Below, piece by piece: positions 41,035 through 54,990 of a stretch of DNA of 64,000 nt. The stretch is from Daphnia carinata (Eukaryota). The notes below the pieces were generated by a model. That model had not been told where the DNA came from, ran no database searches, and saw nothing but the letters and a program-made list of their open reading frames with translations. Location: the NCBI RefSeq assembly GCF_022539665.2, contig NC_081331.1, forward strand, positions 4,464,001 to 4,528,000. The letters are read 5' to 3'. Numbering within the stretch: position 1 is the first letter of the stretch; each line of letters opens with the position of its first letter. A program made the position numbers and the translations under genes.

Positions 41035-44000
41035 CCCTGTGGAAAAAAATAACGCCAAAGAGGAGGGACAGGGGGTGGAGAAAGAACGAGTCTCTCCATA
41101 GCAGAGCCGGAACCTAGGTGAATGAGAAAAGTAGAGAAAGAAGGGTGGTGCAAGGATGGGCCACCTCGTCTACGGCCACCTGGCCACCTCATAAAAAAAA
41201 ATTTGTATATTAGGTAACTCGGCAAGAGGTAGAGAGGAAATCGAGGGCCCCCATCCCTGAGTTCTTGTACAGGAGAAAGAGGGAGGCGGGATTGACGTCG
41301 TAGCATATAGCGACGTAAGCTATTCGCTTACAGGTGTACAGCTGGTGTTGCCGTATGGATATCGGTGAGAGTGGATTTCTCTCCGCCTTTTCTCTTTCCT
41401 CTTTGAGATTAGAGACGCGAAGGGTCAGCGCATTCCAGCCGACTCTATAAGCAGAGGCCGTTATGAATCGTAGAGATCACTTTGGTCCGTTGCCAGTAGT
41501 TTCGAGCCGTACAAAAGCCTAAACCTGCGCCAACCAAAGTCTTCTTCTTTAACATAACAGCCGAAGGTGAAAGGAATTCAATCCAGACTAAAACGACGTC
41601 TATGCTGTCCAGTCAAGAAATTAATAGCCGACATCAACGACAACAGCAAAATATATTCAACTTTCTCTCTCGATAGATCGTTGCATTGTCTCTTGTGTTT
41701 CCCTATTTCGAATCACACAATCTCCCTTTATCTAACTCTACCAACAATTTAAAAATCCATTCATTTGTTTTTTTGCTACCCCACCCGTTAACGGGTAGGG
41801 ACGTCTGAAGTAATCGCAAAGGACTAGGGCGGATGACGTGCGGACTTCATTGCTGACCTCAATCAGACGTGTTGCGCGTTCGATTTCATCACCGTGTTTG
41901 AGTTCCGCTTGTGCCATTCTGCATTGCACCGGCAGTTAACTCGAAAAATCGCTTTTCGCATACAACAGCCGGTTTATTGTCGTGAGATTTCTATCCATTT
42001 TTTGTTCCTTTTATTTCAGCGGACTTGTACGTTCTTGACAACGATAATGTGGCTAGCGAGCCGTGATGGACGGGTCACGGGATGTGGCCTGTATCGCGGA
42101 TTTAAACATATCCTAGAACTAAAACAACCGCAGAGATTTTATGACCGTGTCGAGTGGACGTGGATCATGGATACGGCCGCCAATGAACTTTCCCCTTGCC
42201 CTATTGGAATGCCGAGCTTGTCCGCCAATTTTTTATGTGTTTACTTATCTCTTTTCAAAAAAAAAAAAGAATTTTCTTCGAATGGGAGAAAAGCGGGGAA
42301 AGAGAGAAATTGTGTTACTAGCTCCCGACACGACCTTCACTACGATGTCCGCATCGACACTATCGGGTTCGGGAGAGAGTTGAAGGATGTGAAAGAAGAA
42401 CTCGAAGGTTGGCGGAAGTGCGCATTGTTTTTGATGTGAGTGAACGCTTTGAATGGCCGACGTGCTTAATGAGTTGTTTAAGAATTTTTTCTAAATCGTT
42501 AAATTCTGTTTTATTTTTCTTCAAAATGAAATCGGGAGTTTTTCCTGAATATTTATACGACCGCGTAAAGTTTAATTGATTCAATCAAATTTGTGGGGGA
42601 TTAACGACTGTCGAATTCCTCCCTTTTCCTTCGCGTAGATTATTTAAATGAACATAATACGATGACCCATATTAGCGATATAATGTTTGTTTTATTGATT
42701 CGGCCACTTCCTAGTTCCTATATAAAGAGGAATGCTTCAGGGTAGAAAATGCCAACTTTTTTTTTTCACATCAGCGGAATCCATCTTTAGTTACAACCAT
42801 TTGATTCTTTTGTAGGCGGATACCTGTGGTCTCCAACGGCCACTCAGGCGAAAATACAAAGGTGCCACTTTCTAAGATGGATCCTGGTGATAACAAAAAC
42901 CCAAAGACGCTGTGAATTCCTTGTTTTTTTTTTTCATTTTATCAGTTAGCTAATAGCTACTATTACAACAGCCAACCTGTGCAACCTGCGCGTTCGAAGA
43001 ATCCGGTACGTTGATTGATTGTAAAACGGATCAGACAGACCAAATTGGATTCGATGGCGAATTTCGTGGCCAAATTTCATTTTCCCGGTGATGCAAACGG
43101 CTGGGCGTTTTTTTTTTCCCGTTGTTTGTCGTCTTGCCTACACCGACCGAATTGGTTTTATCTGTTCGGTTTAAAGAATGCAGTTCCAAATCGTTTGCGC
43201 CTTAAAATTTTTTTAAATATTTTTCTCCTGTTTTGCCTTCGGTATAATAAGGGATGAACAAGGTCAAACCCTCTGAGGGAAAGAGCTTCGAATCCGGTTC
43301 ATACGCCCTTGTGGGTCCATATCTTTTAGCCGATTCGAATGATCTTTGATCTCTCCCGTCAACTAACTGGTCGGTAGAAGAAAAGCGGAACAAGTTTTAT
43401 TTTTCTTGTCTTCCTGTTGCTGCGACTAACCTTGAACTACGGCTGTCGCCTTTCGTTTGATGGAACACGAGGAGAAGATTGGAAGGCTAGACTGTTCACC
43501 AGAAGAGAAAACTTTCACCTGTTCTCTCGCGAGGAATTTTTTGTTTAAGGTCGCAGAGGATTTGTTTCAAAAACAAGATTTTTTTCTTTCCCTTCCAGGC
43601 GAAAAATGATAATAAAAATTCTTTTATTTTTTTTCCTCCCTAAAATCTTCTCGACAGGTCCTCTGCCCATCATAAGCTTCATAATGACCCATTCGTCAAA
43701 CTGATATGGAATCAATTATAGCTGATTGTGATGCAGCTTGCTGGAATTTCCTTAGCCCTAACTAAGAGGTTGTCCCTTATTTTTCAACAATCTTATTTTT
43801 AGTTCTGATGATATAATCCTGTTGTATGCGTATAAAAGTATAGACTAGATTTTCCTTGATGGCTGCTGTTACTCGAATTGTTTTTCCTTATAGCTCATCT
43901 GTTTGATTTATGTTATAAGAAAAAAAGAAAAAAAACAAAAGGAGACCAATGTTTTGAATGAATGTACATGCCATGATGGATGATCTCGCACCCAGCAGGC

Positions 44001-47000
44001 TGTTCAACTTTTCGATTTCGTTACAGAATTTAAAGGAAATCATTGCAAGGCAACATTCAGATGACGTGTTGCTTTTTATTTATTTATTTTTGAAAAAATC
44101 TATTTCCTTCCTTGGTCGGACGATTGTGTTAGATTATGCAGGCGGCCCCGTGGGCCTCTTAAATATAGGAGTTTGACCCACTTGTCCGTCCACGGGGGCC
44201 CGTCTCACAGGACTTAAAGCTGTTTTTTTTATCATGGTGTCTGCGTAGCTACGTGCGTCTATGAAATTCCTGTCGGTTCTTTTTTTTTGTTATTTCGGTT
44301 TCTTCAACATATTAGTTTTCAAATAAAACATAAAAATGGCCTGTGTTTTTGATTTCCCCTTCCTTTCTCTTTAACCTGTCGCCCCACGCTCAACAGGTGC
44401 ACTAAGGTGGCACTATAGCCTAGAGCCGGACTTTGAAAAACGTCCGAGTCTCTCTCAACGATCTGGCACGGATATTTCGCATGACGAGAGGAGATGTTGT
44501 CGGTCCGTTTGATCCCTTCCTTCATTTTCGTGTGTGTGTGTTTTAAATTTTCCTCCTTCTCCCGATTTGTTAACGAAGACGTCGTTCGTCATTCTTAATT
44601 GCTTCTCTTCCATCCAATTTCAACGACCAGGTGGCATTGTGGATGCGTGCGCGTACCGTCTAGACGATCTCACTCGTCTAGCTGCATCCAGATTGAACGC
44701 GTTCGGTTCCATTTAGGGTTGTTAGTTCTTGCTTTTTTTTTTTTGCTTTCCATTCCGGCATACGGCACAGAAACATATGCACGACAGGAATACCATTGAA
44801 TGTAATGACTTAAGGGGGCCAGCAGGTTATCCTGTCACTTTCATTCGACAACACTGTTTTACGAACAGTTACGGCCTTCTTTGACGGCCTTTTGATTTGA
44901 TTATTAATGCCAGTGTTTCTGGTGACTAGTCGAAATGTTGGCTGAGACGCCGTGCAATGACAACTGAAATGGCAGGAAAGAAAACGGCCGTATTGTTTGT
45001 TAGCAACGTGCGTGAGCGCGACCGACAGGTTACGCTTTCTTCATTTTATCTTTAGTACCCCTATGGTTGTGTATTTTAGTAAGGTACTTTTAAATTCGTG
45101 CTGTGGGTGCGACGCGATTGTGTAGGTTCATCGGATGACCCCAACAAAGTGGACAGGTAAAACCCAGCAAATCAGAAAATTAAAATCATGTTCACGAAAA
45201 TAGAATTGCTGAATTTTTCATAGTCACCTGGGCTCTTTCTCCACTTTACATTTTGGAAGAGGTGTATCTTTCAATTGCAAATTCACTCACTTGTTGTTTC
45301 ATGCAATGACCTGTTCGTCCTGTAGAATCAACGTTCGATAACACCATAGTTTTTCACCTTTCCCATGACGGTGCTAACAATGAACGTTGTATACAGTCAA
45401 GGACTTTGTTGAAAGCTCATGTGAATAACAGAAGAATGGCCAACGATGGTTATCACTGGCTACGGGTCATGCAATTGCATAAAATGCAAGTCCATTTTTC
45501 GTATAAGGTGAACATACAGACAGCGATAACATTCACTGCGGGGGTAGGACTCGTAAAGTATTTGCTTACCCTAGACAACTTTCGCTTGCTGTGGCTAGTA
45601 ATTTGAGAGAATTTGGCAGGGTCTTTTATTGTAAAGTGTGTCCAGACTAAAATACGATACGCCTATCGTGCGTGTTGTTATACCATCGGGAGCGAACCGT
45701 TTGTTCGATTGCTCTTCCTTGGGTTAGCGGTCAAAACAGATAAAACATTAAGAGCCAAACGTTTCCCAGTATAGCAGTGAAAGTTTGATACGAAATTTAT
45801 TCATTGTCCTTTTTTTGTTTTACTCCCTTCATTGACGGAATAGGAAAGAGCTTTCGCTTTCCCGTCTCGCGATCGACATCACGCGGGCATTAACGGTAGA
45901 AAACATGTCTGGAGAAAAGCTACAAACACAGTTTGCGATTTATTTCTGTCCAAGACGACGAAATTAATGTCCACCCAAAGTAGGATTTTCAAAATTTTAT
46001 GGGCAATACACAATGAATCAGGTTGAAACGGAACCGTGTTGCCTTGAGCTGTTATGCTTACAATTATGGCTGATATATATCATAGCGACAGGGTGTGGTG
46101 GCCCGAAATTATATCGCCAACATCCTTAGTTTGAATGCATTAAATCTGGGGTATCTACACAAATAACAATTTAATGGTTGCATTTTTATAGCCAACGCTT
46201 AAAGATCGGTTCGAAAGTGTAGGCAATATCAGTCGTATTATCAAACTTGAAATTGATTGGTTCTTTTCTTCTGCTTAACGTTAACCTTCGAGTCATCCGC
46301 AGCCTTTCATCGAACAATTAGAAGTAGAAAGAACACGCATTTTTTGTTTAACTTCTTATAGTCTCACGTTAATAAATGTTTACTAATCGTTTCACGCTAC
46401 CCGACTCTATATGCCTCAAGAACTACGGGCAGCTATCCTGCTGATGAAATGGAATGACGTGGATACGGTATTTTAAAGCCAACAACATAAATGGAGATGG
46501 ATGAAACTGGATAGAAAAAACTCTTTCTCTCATCGTCTAGCATTTTTTCCTAACTGGCTCGCACTCCCTAAAGATGTTTGGTGATGTGACGAATCTTTCC
46601 CAACGGCATCTTTGTATACTTCAACATATGGCAAACGATCAAGGGGATCGTTAACTAGCCCAAGATGAGGATTGCCTTCTCGACATAAAAAAAAGAAAAA
46701 TTCCGAAACATTTCCCATTTGCCAAACCCCACCCGACTTTAATGCGTTAAACAGGTTGCTGGGGCAAAATAGTTCGGAATTCCGATTGAGAAAATTTTAA
46801 TGTACCGTTAGAATCGTCACCCGCTTATTAAAGTTTATTTGAATGGTGCATCATGCTGATGAAATCAAGAATGCGCTTTAGTTTGAAATAAGGTATGACG
46901 ATGCAGTTGTTAATTATTTTGTATTCTCGTCGGGAAACATAATAATGGGGATTTAAAATCGGGCTCATTTTGATGATACACACAGATGTAAGTGAACCCT

Positions 47001-49255
47001 CACCAGGCATAACAACAACTAGCCACACAACGCGTATTCAATTTCACACAGGTGCTCCGTACGTGTCCGCGTTGCTTAATTAGGAGAAGCTAAAGAAATG
47101 GAGACAACAAAAACAGTTAAATTAAAAAAAGGGAAGATTCATTAATTTGTTTTAAACCTGTTGTTTTGCAGTGAACCGTTATTGCATCTAGGATGACGGC
47201 TAAGTAGCAATAAGATCATTTTCGCCAATCAATTTCAGCCCTCCTTTTAATTGAATATTCCATACTTCAAAATCATGTGAAATATTGTCCGTTTACTACT
47301 GGAAACTTCTTCTGTTACAGGTATAACACTAAATCGCCCAGAGATATGCATGCAAGTTGTTGTTACCAATCGTGCCCGTTCGTCTCCGTTGTTCATCACA
47401 ACGGATACATACCGAATGGCAAAGGCAACAGGAAAAAATAAAATGCATTTACCTGTGCCAGTTCTTCTTTCCTGTAAAAATCTTGACGTAACGCGTTGGT
47501 GAGGGAGGCACGTGACGCAATAATAGGGGAATGGTGAAAGATGATGCATGCCAGCATCGCACAAGCTGAAAAAGGTAGAATCTTATACCTGAGATAGGCC
47601 TGGAAATTGAGAGAAATATCTAGATTTTAGGTATTTCCCTGTTTTTTGTTTTGTTTTCGACATATGACGTTGAACTGATTGCGTTTCTCGCTCATCTACT
47701 TGTTGTGGGGGTTGAAAAGTTCATCGCCCCCCGTATCTGTTTTACGACAAAGGTTGCACCGTTAGCTTCGGTGCATACCAGACGTGACACGTTGATGGAC
47801 GAGCTTCCGTGATTGGTCATCGCCAAGCTTTTGCGGTCCATAAGGGACCATCTCTCTCCCCAATATTTCATTGAGAGAGTCTGCAACCTGTTGCACACGC
47901 GCTGATGTGGAATGTTGACCCAGTGCTATGTCCTCATCGACTTATAACCGCCAATAATTTGTGTCAGGATAACAATTCTCCACATTCCACCTGTCTGATT
48001 GTTGGACGTGCATCAATGAATAAAACCATGATGCGACAACAACTGAAAGAAGAAAAATGGCACGAGAAACTACGACTACAGCTATGTGGTTTGTAGGTGG
48101 TATTCCAGGAATTCCAGACTTGTGATAGAGTGACAATTCAATCTTGGACCATGCTAGCTAGGTACTACGAGTTGTAATTTGAACTATACGCTATCACATG
48201 AGCATTGTCATGTTTTCTTCTCCTCCCCCCGTTTTTTATTTCTTAGTTCCATGATATGTTGTTTCCTTCAGAAGTTTATAACTTGTAGTTATGGTGGGCG
48301 TAATGATTCTTTGCCACTTGCATACTGTTATACGTAATAGAATTGCACGGTACGCGAGGGAAGAAAAACCACGTAAGATAATTGGGTCTTCGTCAGATTT
48401 GCATGGTTCGTAAAAACTAATTCCCCTTCGTTCTAGCGGTTTCTAAAATTAATATACAAGGGGGAGGTCAAATTAAGTTGCACTTTCATAGGCAAACTAC
48501 ATAAAGGCACTATTGCTGAAAGTCCGGCTTCTTTTTACGGCTCATTTTTGCAATGGGCGCCTAGAAGTATCTCGACAAGGAAAAATACGAATACATTACA
48601 GTTTGATCCTGGTTGACACCATAAGCGATAAGAGCTCTCGTTTATTCGTCTTTTCGTAAATCTTTTGTACAACATTCGCAGTTGATAAACAATCACACAG
48701 TTGTTTCACCGTTTCTGCTGAGCTGGTGAAAGTTAGGTTCTGTAAGTTCTACGAAAGCTTACAACACGGAAAGCCCATTAGGAAACCTTTAAGGAGGTGC
48801 TCTGAAGAACTTTGTTTTCTTTGATGCACCTTACCATATATTGTTTAACATCACAACTTTCACTGGAATTTCCTCGCAATTAATAACTTTCAGGCGTGAT
48901 CCGCGTCGGTATCTTAAATGGGTAACCGAATCTGGGTCAATATCATGTACCTCATTTGTTCCACTGAATGCAAGTTATAGGGCTGTCATACATTGTTAGG
49001 GTTTGAATAGCTTTCATTCTTTCTCAGCACGCATGTAAAGCTTTCTTTCGGGTAACCATAACTTCACTTGTCACAGTATATTTTATTGGTCGAAGAGTAG
49101 ATTTAAAACAGGTATGTAGAGCTTCAACTTCTAGACTATTTCTTGTAGCCATTGTATTCGACTTTTTACAAACGATAATAATGCACGTTATTTGAAATAA
49201 CTTCGACCAATTTACCCAGAATGATTAAAAAATAATACTTTTGTTCCAGAGTTGA

Positions 49256-51052
49256 TTACAACTCAATATGGAAACTTTGAGCCTTCCGATCCTGTATATC
49301 GACACCAAGGTGACTAGCTGCCAGCATCGCTACGTTTCTTGCACCAATGACTCCCATTTCCATGGCTGATGCGGCAAATTCAAGTGTGTTGATATGGTAA
49401 AGACCAGGGTGCAAAGTGAAATTTCCTGAAGATATGGTTCCATCGTATTCCGGGTAGGCTTTCCAATGAATCGTATAGGTTTCATTAATGGATGAAAACA
49501 GGATGTTGAGCTCTTCTTTCGTGAGAGGCTCGTTAGAAAACACTTTCCAGACCGGTGGGGCATCTCCTTCACCATCATCCATGTCAACTGGATAGTTTCT
49601 GGCTAGAGAATTGAAGAACAGCGTTCGGTTGATGGTGAAGATGTCGTCAATAACTGAACTCGCATCAGCGAAGCCAAATGTTTTGTGGTTGACTTCCCCT
49701 TGGACCATGGTACAAATAGTCTGGTGATAACGGCCGGGGAAATGGAACTGGCGAGGAAAGTTTTCAAACCCAAACGATGACGTATCATTTGTTATTGGTG
49801 TGGCCAATATCACAGCGTCGTATGAGGGCATTTCGTCATTCTCTTTGAATCGTAGGCTGAATCGTCCATCAGTATTCAAATGGATGGCTTCTACTTCTTC
49901 ATCATGGAAATTAGCTCTCGAAGCATTTAGTAAGGCATGTGGAATCTTCTTGTTGCCACCGCGGAGCGACCAGAGGCCAGTTTCTGCTCCGGCTAAGGAA
50001 ACACTTCCTAAGTAGAGAATGGTTAAAGTTTTCTAAACAGACAATTAGAAGCATGGCATTATTTTTGTACCCACGAACTGATGGGCATCTGTCGACTGCC
50101 CATAGTTAACTCGCATGATGGCATTTGCCAATTCGTCAATGAACAGACTAGATATGCCCACTTGTTTCAGACCCTCTTCCAATGTACGCTCCAACATCAA
50201 GTTGAAAGAAGGATCCATGGCAGACAACAGATCGACAACGTTTGAAAAGGCATACCCGTCGTCTTGCACGTTATAGATTCTGATTTATAACAAAAGGAAG
50301 TAGTTAGCCTTGTTATCTACTGTAAATTTAAACTGGTCATTGATGATACTTTTCTATGGCCAAAATAATTGTAACACAAACACTTGTATATGAAAAGTAC
50401 CTTTCAAACTGATTCAACATATCTCCTATTAGGGTATTCACTTTGACGAGACTGAAGCCATAGCGCCAGAGCAGGGAAGCCACATTCAGGACATTCCAAT
50501 CACCTTCACTGTATACAAAGCCAGAACCATCATAAAGTCCAAATTTCCCACTGATGCCTTTCTTTTGTTTGAAACCTGTCGTTTAGTATCATATATTCAA
50601 AACTAACATTGTCTCTCATGTTGAACATTTGTTTTAGATCATTAATTTTAGTACCAAATTGTTCTGCAAATTGCTTCATGTATCGATTTCTCGGATGGAG
50701 TATTGATCCTCCAGTTTCAAAATCATATCCTTGAATGTTGATGGTTGCCATTCGCCCACCCACTGGGTCTTTTGAATAGACATCAATTTTCGGATTGAGC
50801 CCAGGGGTCTTACTTAGAAAATAAGCAGCAGAAGTTCCACTGATACCAGCTCCAATAATTGCTGTAACAAGAACGAACAGAAAAAACGTGCACCCATTAT
50901 TACTGTTACTTGGCTATGTGTGAAGAACGTCTAGCTTGCGAAAATAAAAGTTTACCAATTCGCGGTTCAGCCGGGTCCAGTGTTTGCTGAGAATCATTAA
51001 TCAGCAAAAGAATTAGGAAGGAGAGCTGAATGCAAAATGAAATTGGAAACAT
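49256..51052 (-). CDS. PCYOX1: Prenylcysteine oxidase 1-like FAD oxidoreductase
   Basis: Signal peptide MFPISFCIQLSFLILLL, RIAIIGAGISGTSAAY, VGGRMAT..FETGGSILHPRN, RVNYGQS, GLWSLRGGNKKIP, WKAYPEY, EFAASAMEMGVIGARNVA, C-terminal HIEL. Confidence 0.93.
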
Positions 51053-51889
51053 CACGTAACGTTCCGTGAATAACGCAACAACGGCCTTTATCGTTAAAAA
51101 TTCGTTTGGGAGTTAGGAGGGTCCTGCGTCCGTCTGGCAATTTTGTTTTACGTGTTGATTGGCTGTTATTACAGTATGCCATGGTTGATACAGTACTAGC
51201 AGACGACGTAGTGAAGCGGAACAACATTCGGAGGTACAGTTTGGTCCTGGCCTACCCATGGGTCCATCGCCGTTCTATTCTATATTATTCTTTTCGAATC
51301 AAAAAAGTAAAAAGGCTTTTCCGGGGTTCACGTTGAGTCATGTTCCACGACCACATAATATTGACAACACTTTTAAACAATCGATTGTTTGCTGTTGGGT
51401 TGCGCACCCCTATTCAGCAAACCGACTGAAATCCGACAGGACATGGGGCCAATAAAAGGCAGCCCTCAACCCATCCAACCCGCCCCGAAAACCGACATTA
51501 CCAACACGTTAATGCTGGGCCGATCCTGCGATCCTACTAGGATCTAGGGCTGGCCGGTGAGGAACTAGGATCCTCGTAGTGCCTAGAGGGAATTTACCTA
51601 CGTAAAAATTGTCAGTAAAGCAAGAAGAGGCTTCGTGCCGCGCAATCTTCATTGTTTGCCTGTACGTTCTGTACTCTGTATGGCATGTTGTTGTTACATG
51701 TCATGTCACGTTTGTTTGATAGCGTTAAACAAAATTACATAGTCACTTATTGCAATCAGATTTGCTTGTGATTACATCTGTGCTAAAGTGTCACACTCTC
51801 AAGGGTATCCATAATTCACAGAAATTACCTTTATAACCAAGTGTTGAAGTTTTTGTTTAAGTATTCAGATGATTAGATTCCTGTGATAA

Positions 51890-54800
51890 AATTTTAGCTG
51901 AAAGTGATGGCAAGTTTAGTAGCAATCATGATGGGTGTTACGAAGCATAGTACAAGAAGTTATGCACATTAATAGATGACATTTTAAGTCATACATGTGA
52001 AAGTATGACTATACTTCGGAGGTAAACTGTTTTACTGTGCAGTCTTATTCACTGACATCATGTTAAGTAATTGCATGTATTTTTGTGATTCTAAAATTAC
52101 TAGCTTTTTTTCATTTCTTATGATATGGGAGCTTCAGTTTCTAAACAGATGCATATATCTCAAACTATAAGAAGCTACGAAAGCAAAATTAACTGTGAAA
52201 TTGGAAGACACCTGAAATGATAACTATTCGAAAAGAAAATAAAGCAGCCTTTCTCAATTGGGAAGCATTCGGATGGACGGGTTCCAAATGTTTTTTTTTT
52301 ATACATTCATCTGGTAAGCAGGCTTCTTTGAAATTTTTTAAAAACAGAAAACACTTGTTTGTTTCATTTGAAATTTTTATTTAATTGAAAGAACAACTAG
52401 TTATTGTTGGCTGCTAGATCAACAGCTGAACTGAAGCATAACATATTAAATAAGAAAATGCAGGGCACAATGGTCGTTAGAAGGTATATTATCCAAAACG
52501 TTGTATTCCACACACTTTAACTACAGTTTTCCTATTAAAAATAGACCAATTTGTCAGGGCGCCATGAAGAATGAATATTGTGGTTACGGTTTCTACAACA
52601 ATGGGACAAATGCAGCGTAATATGCGATGAACAATCAAGATCTTAAAAGGTTATTAATTAAGGATTTGGATAATTATCATGGATAAGACGCTCAACAGAA
52701 GTTCTATGACGATCTAAGGTAATAAACACATTTACATATGCGTTTGAAGTATAAACAGCACACGTTTTGAGCGCAGTCTTATGTTTGTCATTCTAGTGCT
52801 ACCAAACGGTGCGTTTTGGCGTCACTTTATGAGTCCGACCATCACAACATCGGTCGCAATGCTGGCCATGGCATTTTTCCTATATCGACAAACGTAAGCT
52901 GAACCATGTAGTTTCGCTTGTTGCGGAATTTTGTGACATTTCAGCTCGATTTTAATTGTCCCAAAGTGACTTGACGGGCATTTGAGTTACTTTCACACGG
53001 TGAATTGATACGAAAAGATAGCGGCTATTCACCAAAGCCTACATATTCATTTTACTCTACCAACAAAATATTATATCAGCTTTATTATTATTATTAAGGT
53101 TCTGCAACCAAAACTTTAATCCGAGACACTGTTCGTCAAGCTCGTGAGGGTAATCGTCAGAAAAGTGTAAGTCAGACAGCTTTCAATTTCGTCTAAGTGG
53201 AAAGTGCCGCCAATAGTCAATTGCCACCAATTAAGGTAATTCTTAAACTATTATGGAAACCATGTTTTCTCTCAGTAGATACCACATGCCTTAACATACA
53301 TTAGGTCTCTACGTAAAGTCTCTTGTGTGAAAGAAGCACAATCACCATTATGTCTGACACTATGAGCTTCCCAAACATATAAATCTAACAGCTCAAAAGT
53401 CTTTAGTAGGGTTGAAAGTTTGTTTAATTATTTATACAGACTTATGATGTGCGGTGGAATTATTTATTTTTTTTTTGTTAACCATGACTTTCTACACAAA
53501 ATTCTTTCAAGTTCTTGGAATAATTTACATGAAACGGATTGAAAGGTAGTTTGTTTAACTGTAAGCATGTGACTCCTGATCTACAATAAGTTTGATGGTT
53601 TTAGCCTAGTTGTTGCATAAACGAACTATTAAGATTATTAATTTAAACCTCTACAGCATCTGTGTTATTTGTTTGATGATTCAACGCATGCATAGATGGC
53701 GTTGCGGCCGCTAACAGAAATTGATCAATATTATGAACATCACGTAAACCTGCTTTTCATTTCAACTATGGCAATATGGCAATCCGTTTTACATAAAAAA
53801 AAATGGCGGAAAAAAAAATCGCACTTTTTTCTCTTTTTTCTACCCGTAGCCATCTATCAGTCGGTTTCGTTATTACAGGCATGTAAGCAATTTCAGTTAA
53901 TTGTATCCCATTACAGTTAATTGAGTAGCGTGGCTGGAGAACAACGCGTGGCTGGAGGAACAATTGAAAAATGGATAAGATAATAAAACAAAAAAATGGT
54001 AAGTATAAACATTATTATGTTGGTTTTCAATTATTAATTATTGTTTATTAGATCAAATTATGAAGCTGCAGGCCCAATTATTGGAACAACACAAAATATT
54101 AGATAACAGCAAAACTAAGGATGGTAAGGCCTAATATGTAATGATTCTATTGATTTGCTTTTATTCATTTGTGTTTTGTAGCTCAAATTTTGAGTCTTCA
54201 AGCTCAGCTAGGGGAAAAGAACAAATTGGAACGGAACAGTTTCCAAACAGTGAAGGAGGTTTTTCCAAACTCATCCCTAACTGAATGTGAGGATGAGTTG
54301 GCATTAGGTGAACACAGCCAGGTACCTAAACTTTTCAAATAAGAATTCAAAATAAGTATAGAATTTTAAAAAACAATTATTTATTGCTTAGTTATTCAGT
54401 CCACTACCTGACAGTGTGTTAAAGTTAAATTCTGTTAGTGCTGCACTAAAAGAATTGTTAGTAATAAGCTCATGCAGTGAAGAAACTGAACAATTGTGGG
54501 ACCGTATTTGGGCTGAATATGGATGTGGTACGGAAACCCAGAAATAGCACGAGTTCAACATAAAACATAGATTAGGTACTTTTCGGTTTTTTGTCTATAG
54601 AAAAAGTATTTTTAATGCTATTATTTTGCATTCACAGAATTTTAGTGGGGAATCAAGTCAAGTCTGGAAATGTTACAGGATGGAAGAGTGAGCCTGCAGT
54701 TGAAAAACACTGAAAGTGCATTACCATTAAGGTATGAGGTAAAGTAATAGAGTATGCAAATTGTCTAATGAGAAGTACCATCTTGTGTGAATGAATCCTG

Positions 54801-54990
54801 TGTATTAGCAATCCTTTATAGTTCTGTCACAGCTAGAAGCCTCAAATAATTCTGCTTCTCTTGCTAAAGAACAACTTGTCCTTTATGTTCACAGTGTTGG
54901 TGAAGCTGGGTACTTAAATGGCCCTAAAGATGTTTTAATTTTGCTGCTGTTGCAGAGATGAACATCATACATAGACTCTTTAGGTATGAA
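51890..54990 (+). pseudogene. Decayed multi-exon gene of unknown family (boundaries approximate)
   Basis: Regular series of ttag/ttcag acceptors and gtaa/gtag donors bracketing protein-like frames broken by stops, e.g. GSATKTLIRDTVRQAREGNRQKSVSQTAFNFV*VESAANSQLPPIK (53099-53234), HLCYLFDDSTHA*MALRPLTEIDQYYEHH (53657-53743), AQILSLQAQLGEKNKLERNSFQTVKEVFPNSSLTECEDELALGEHSQ. Confidence 0.6.
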
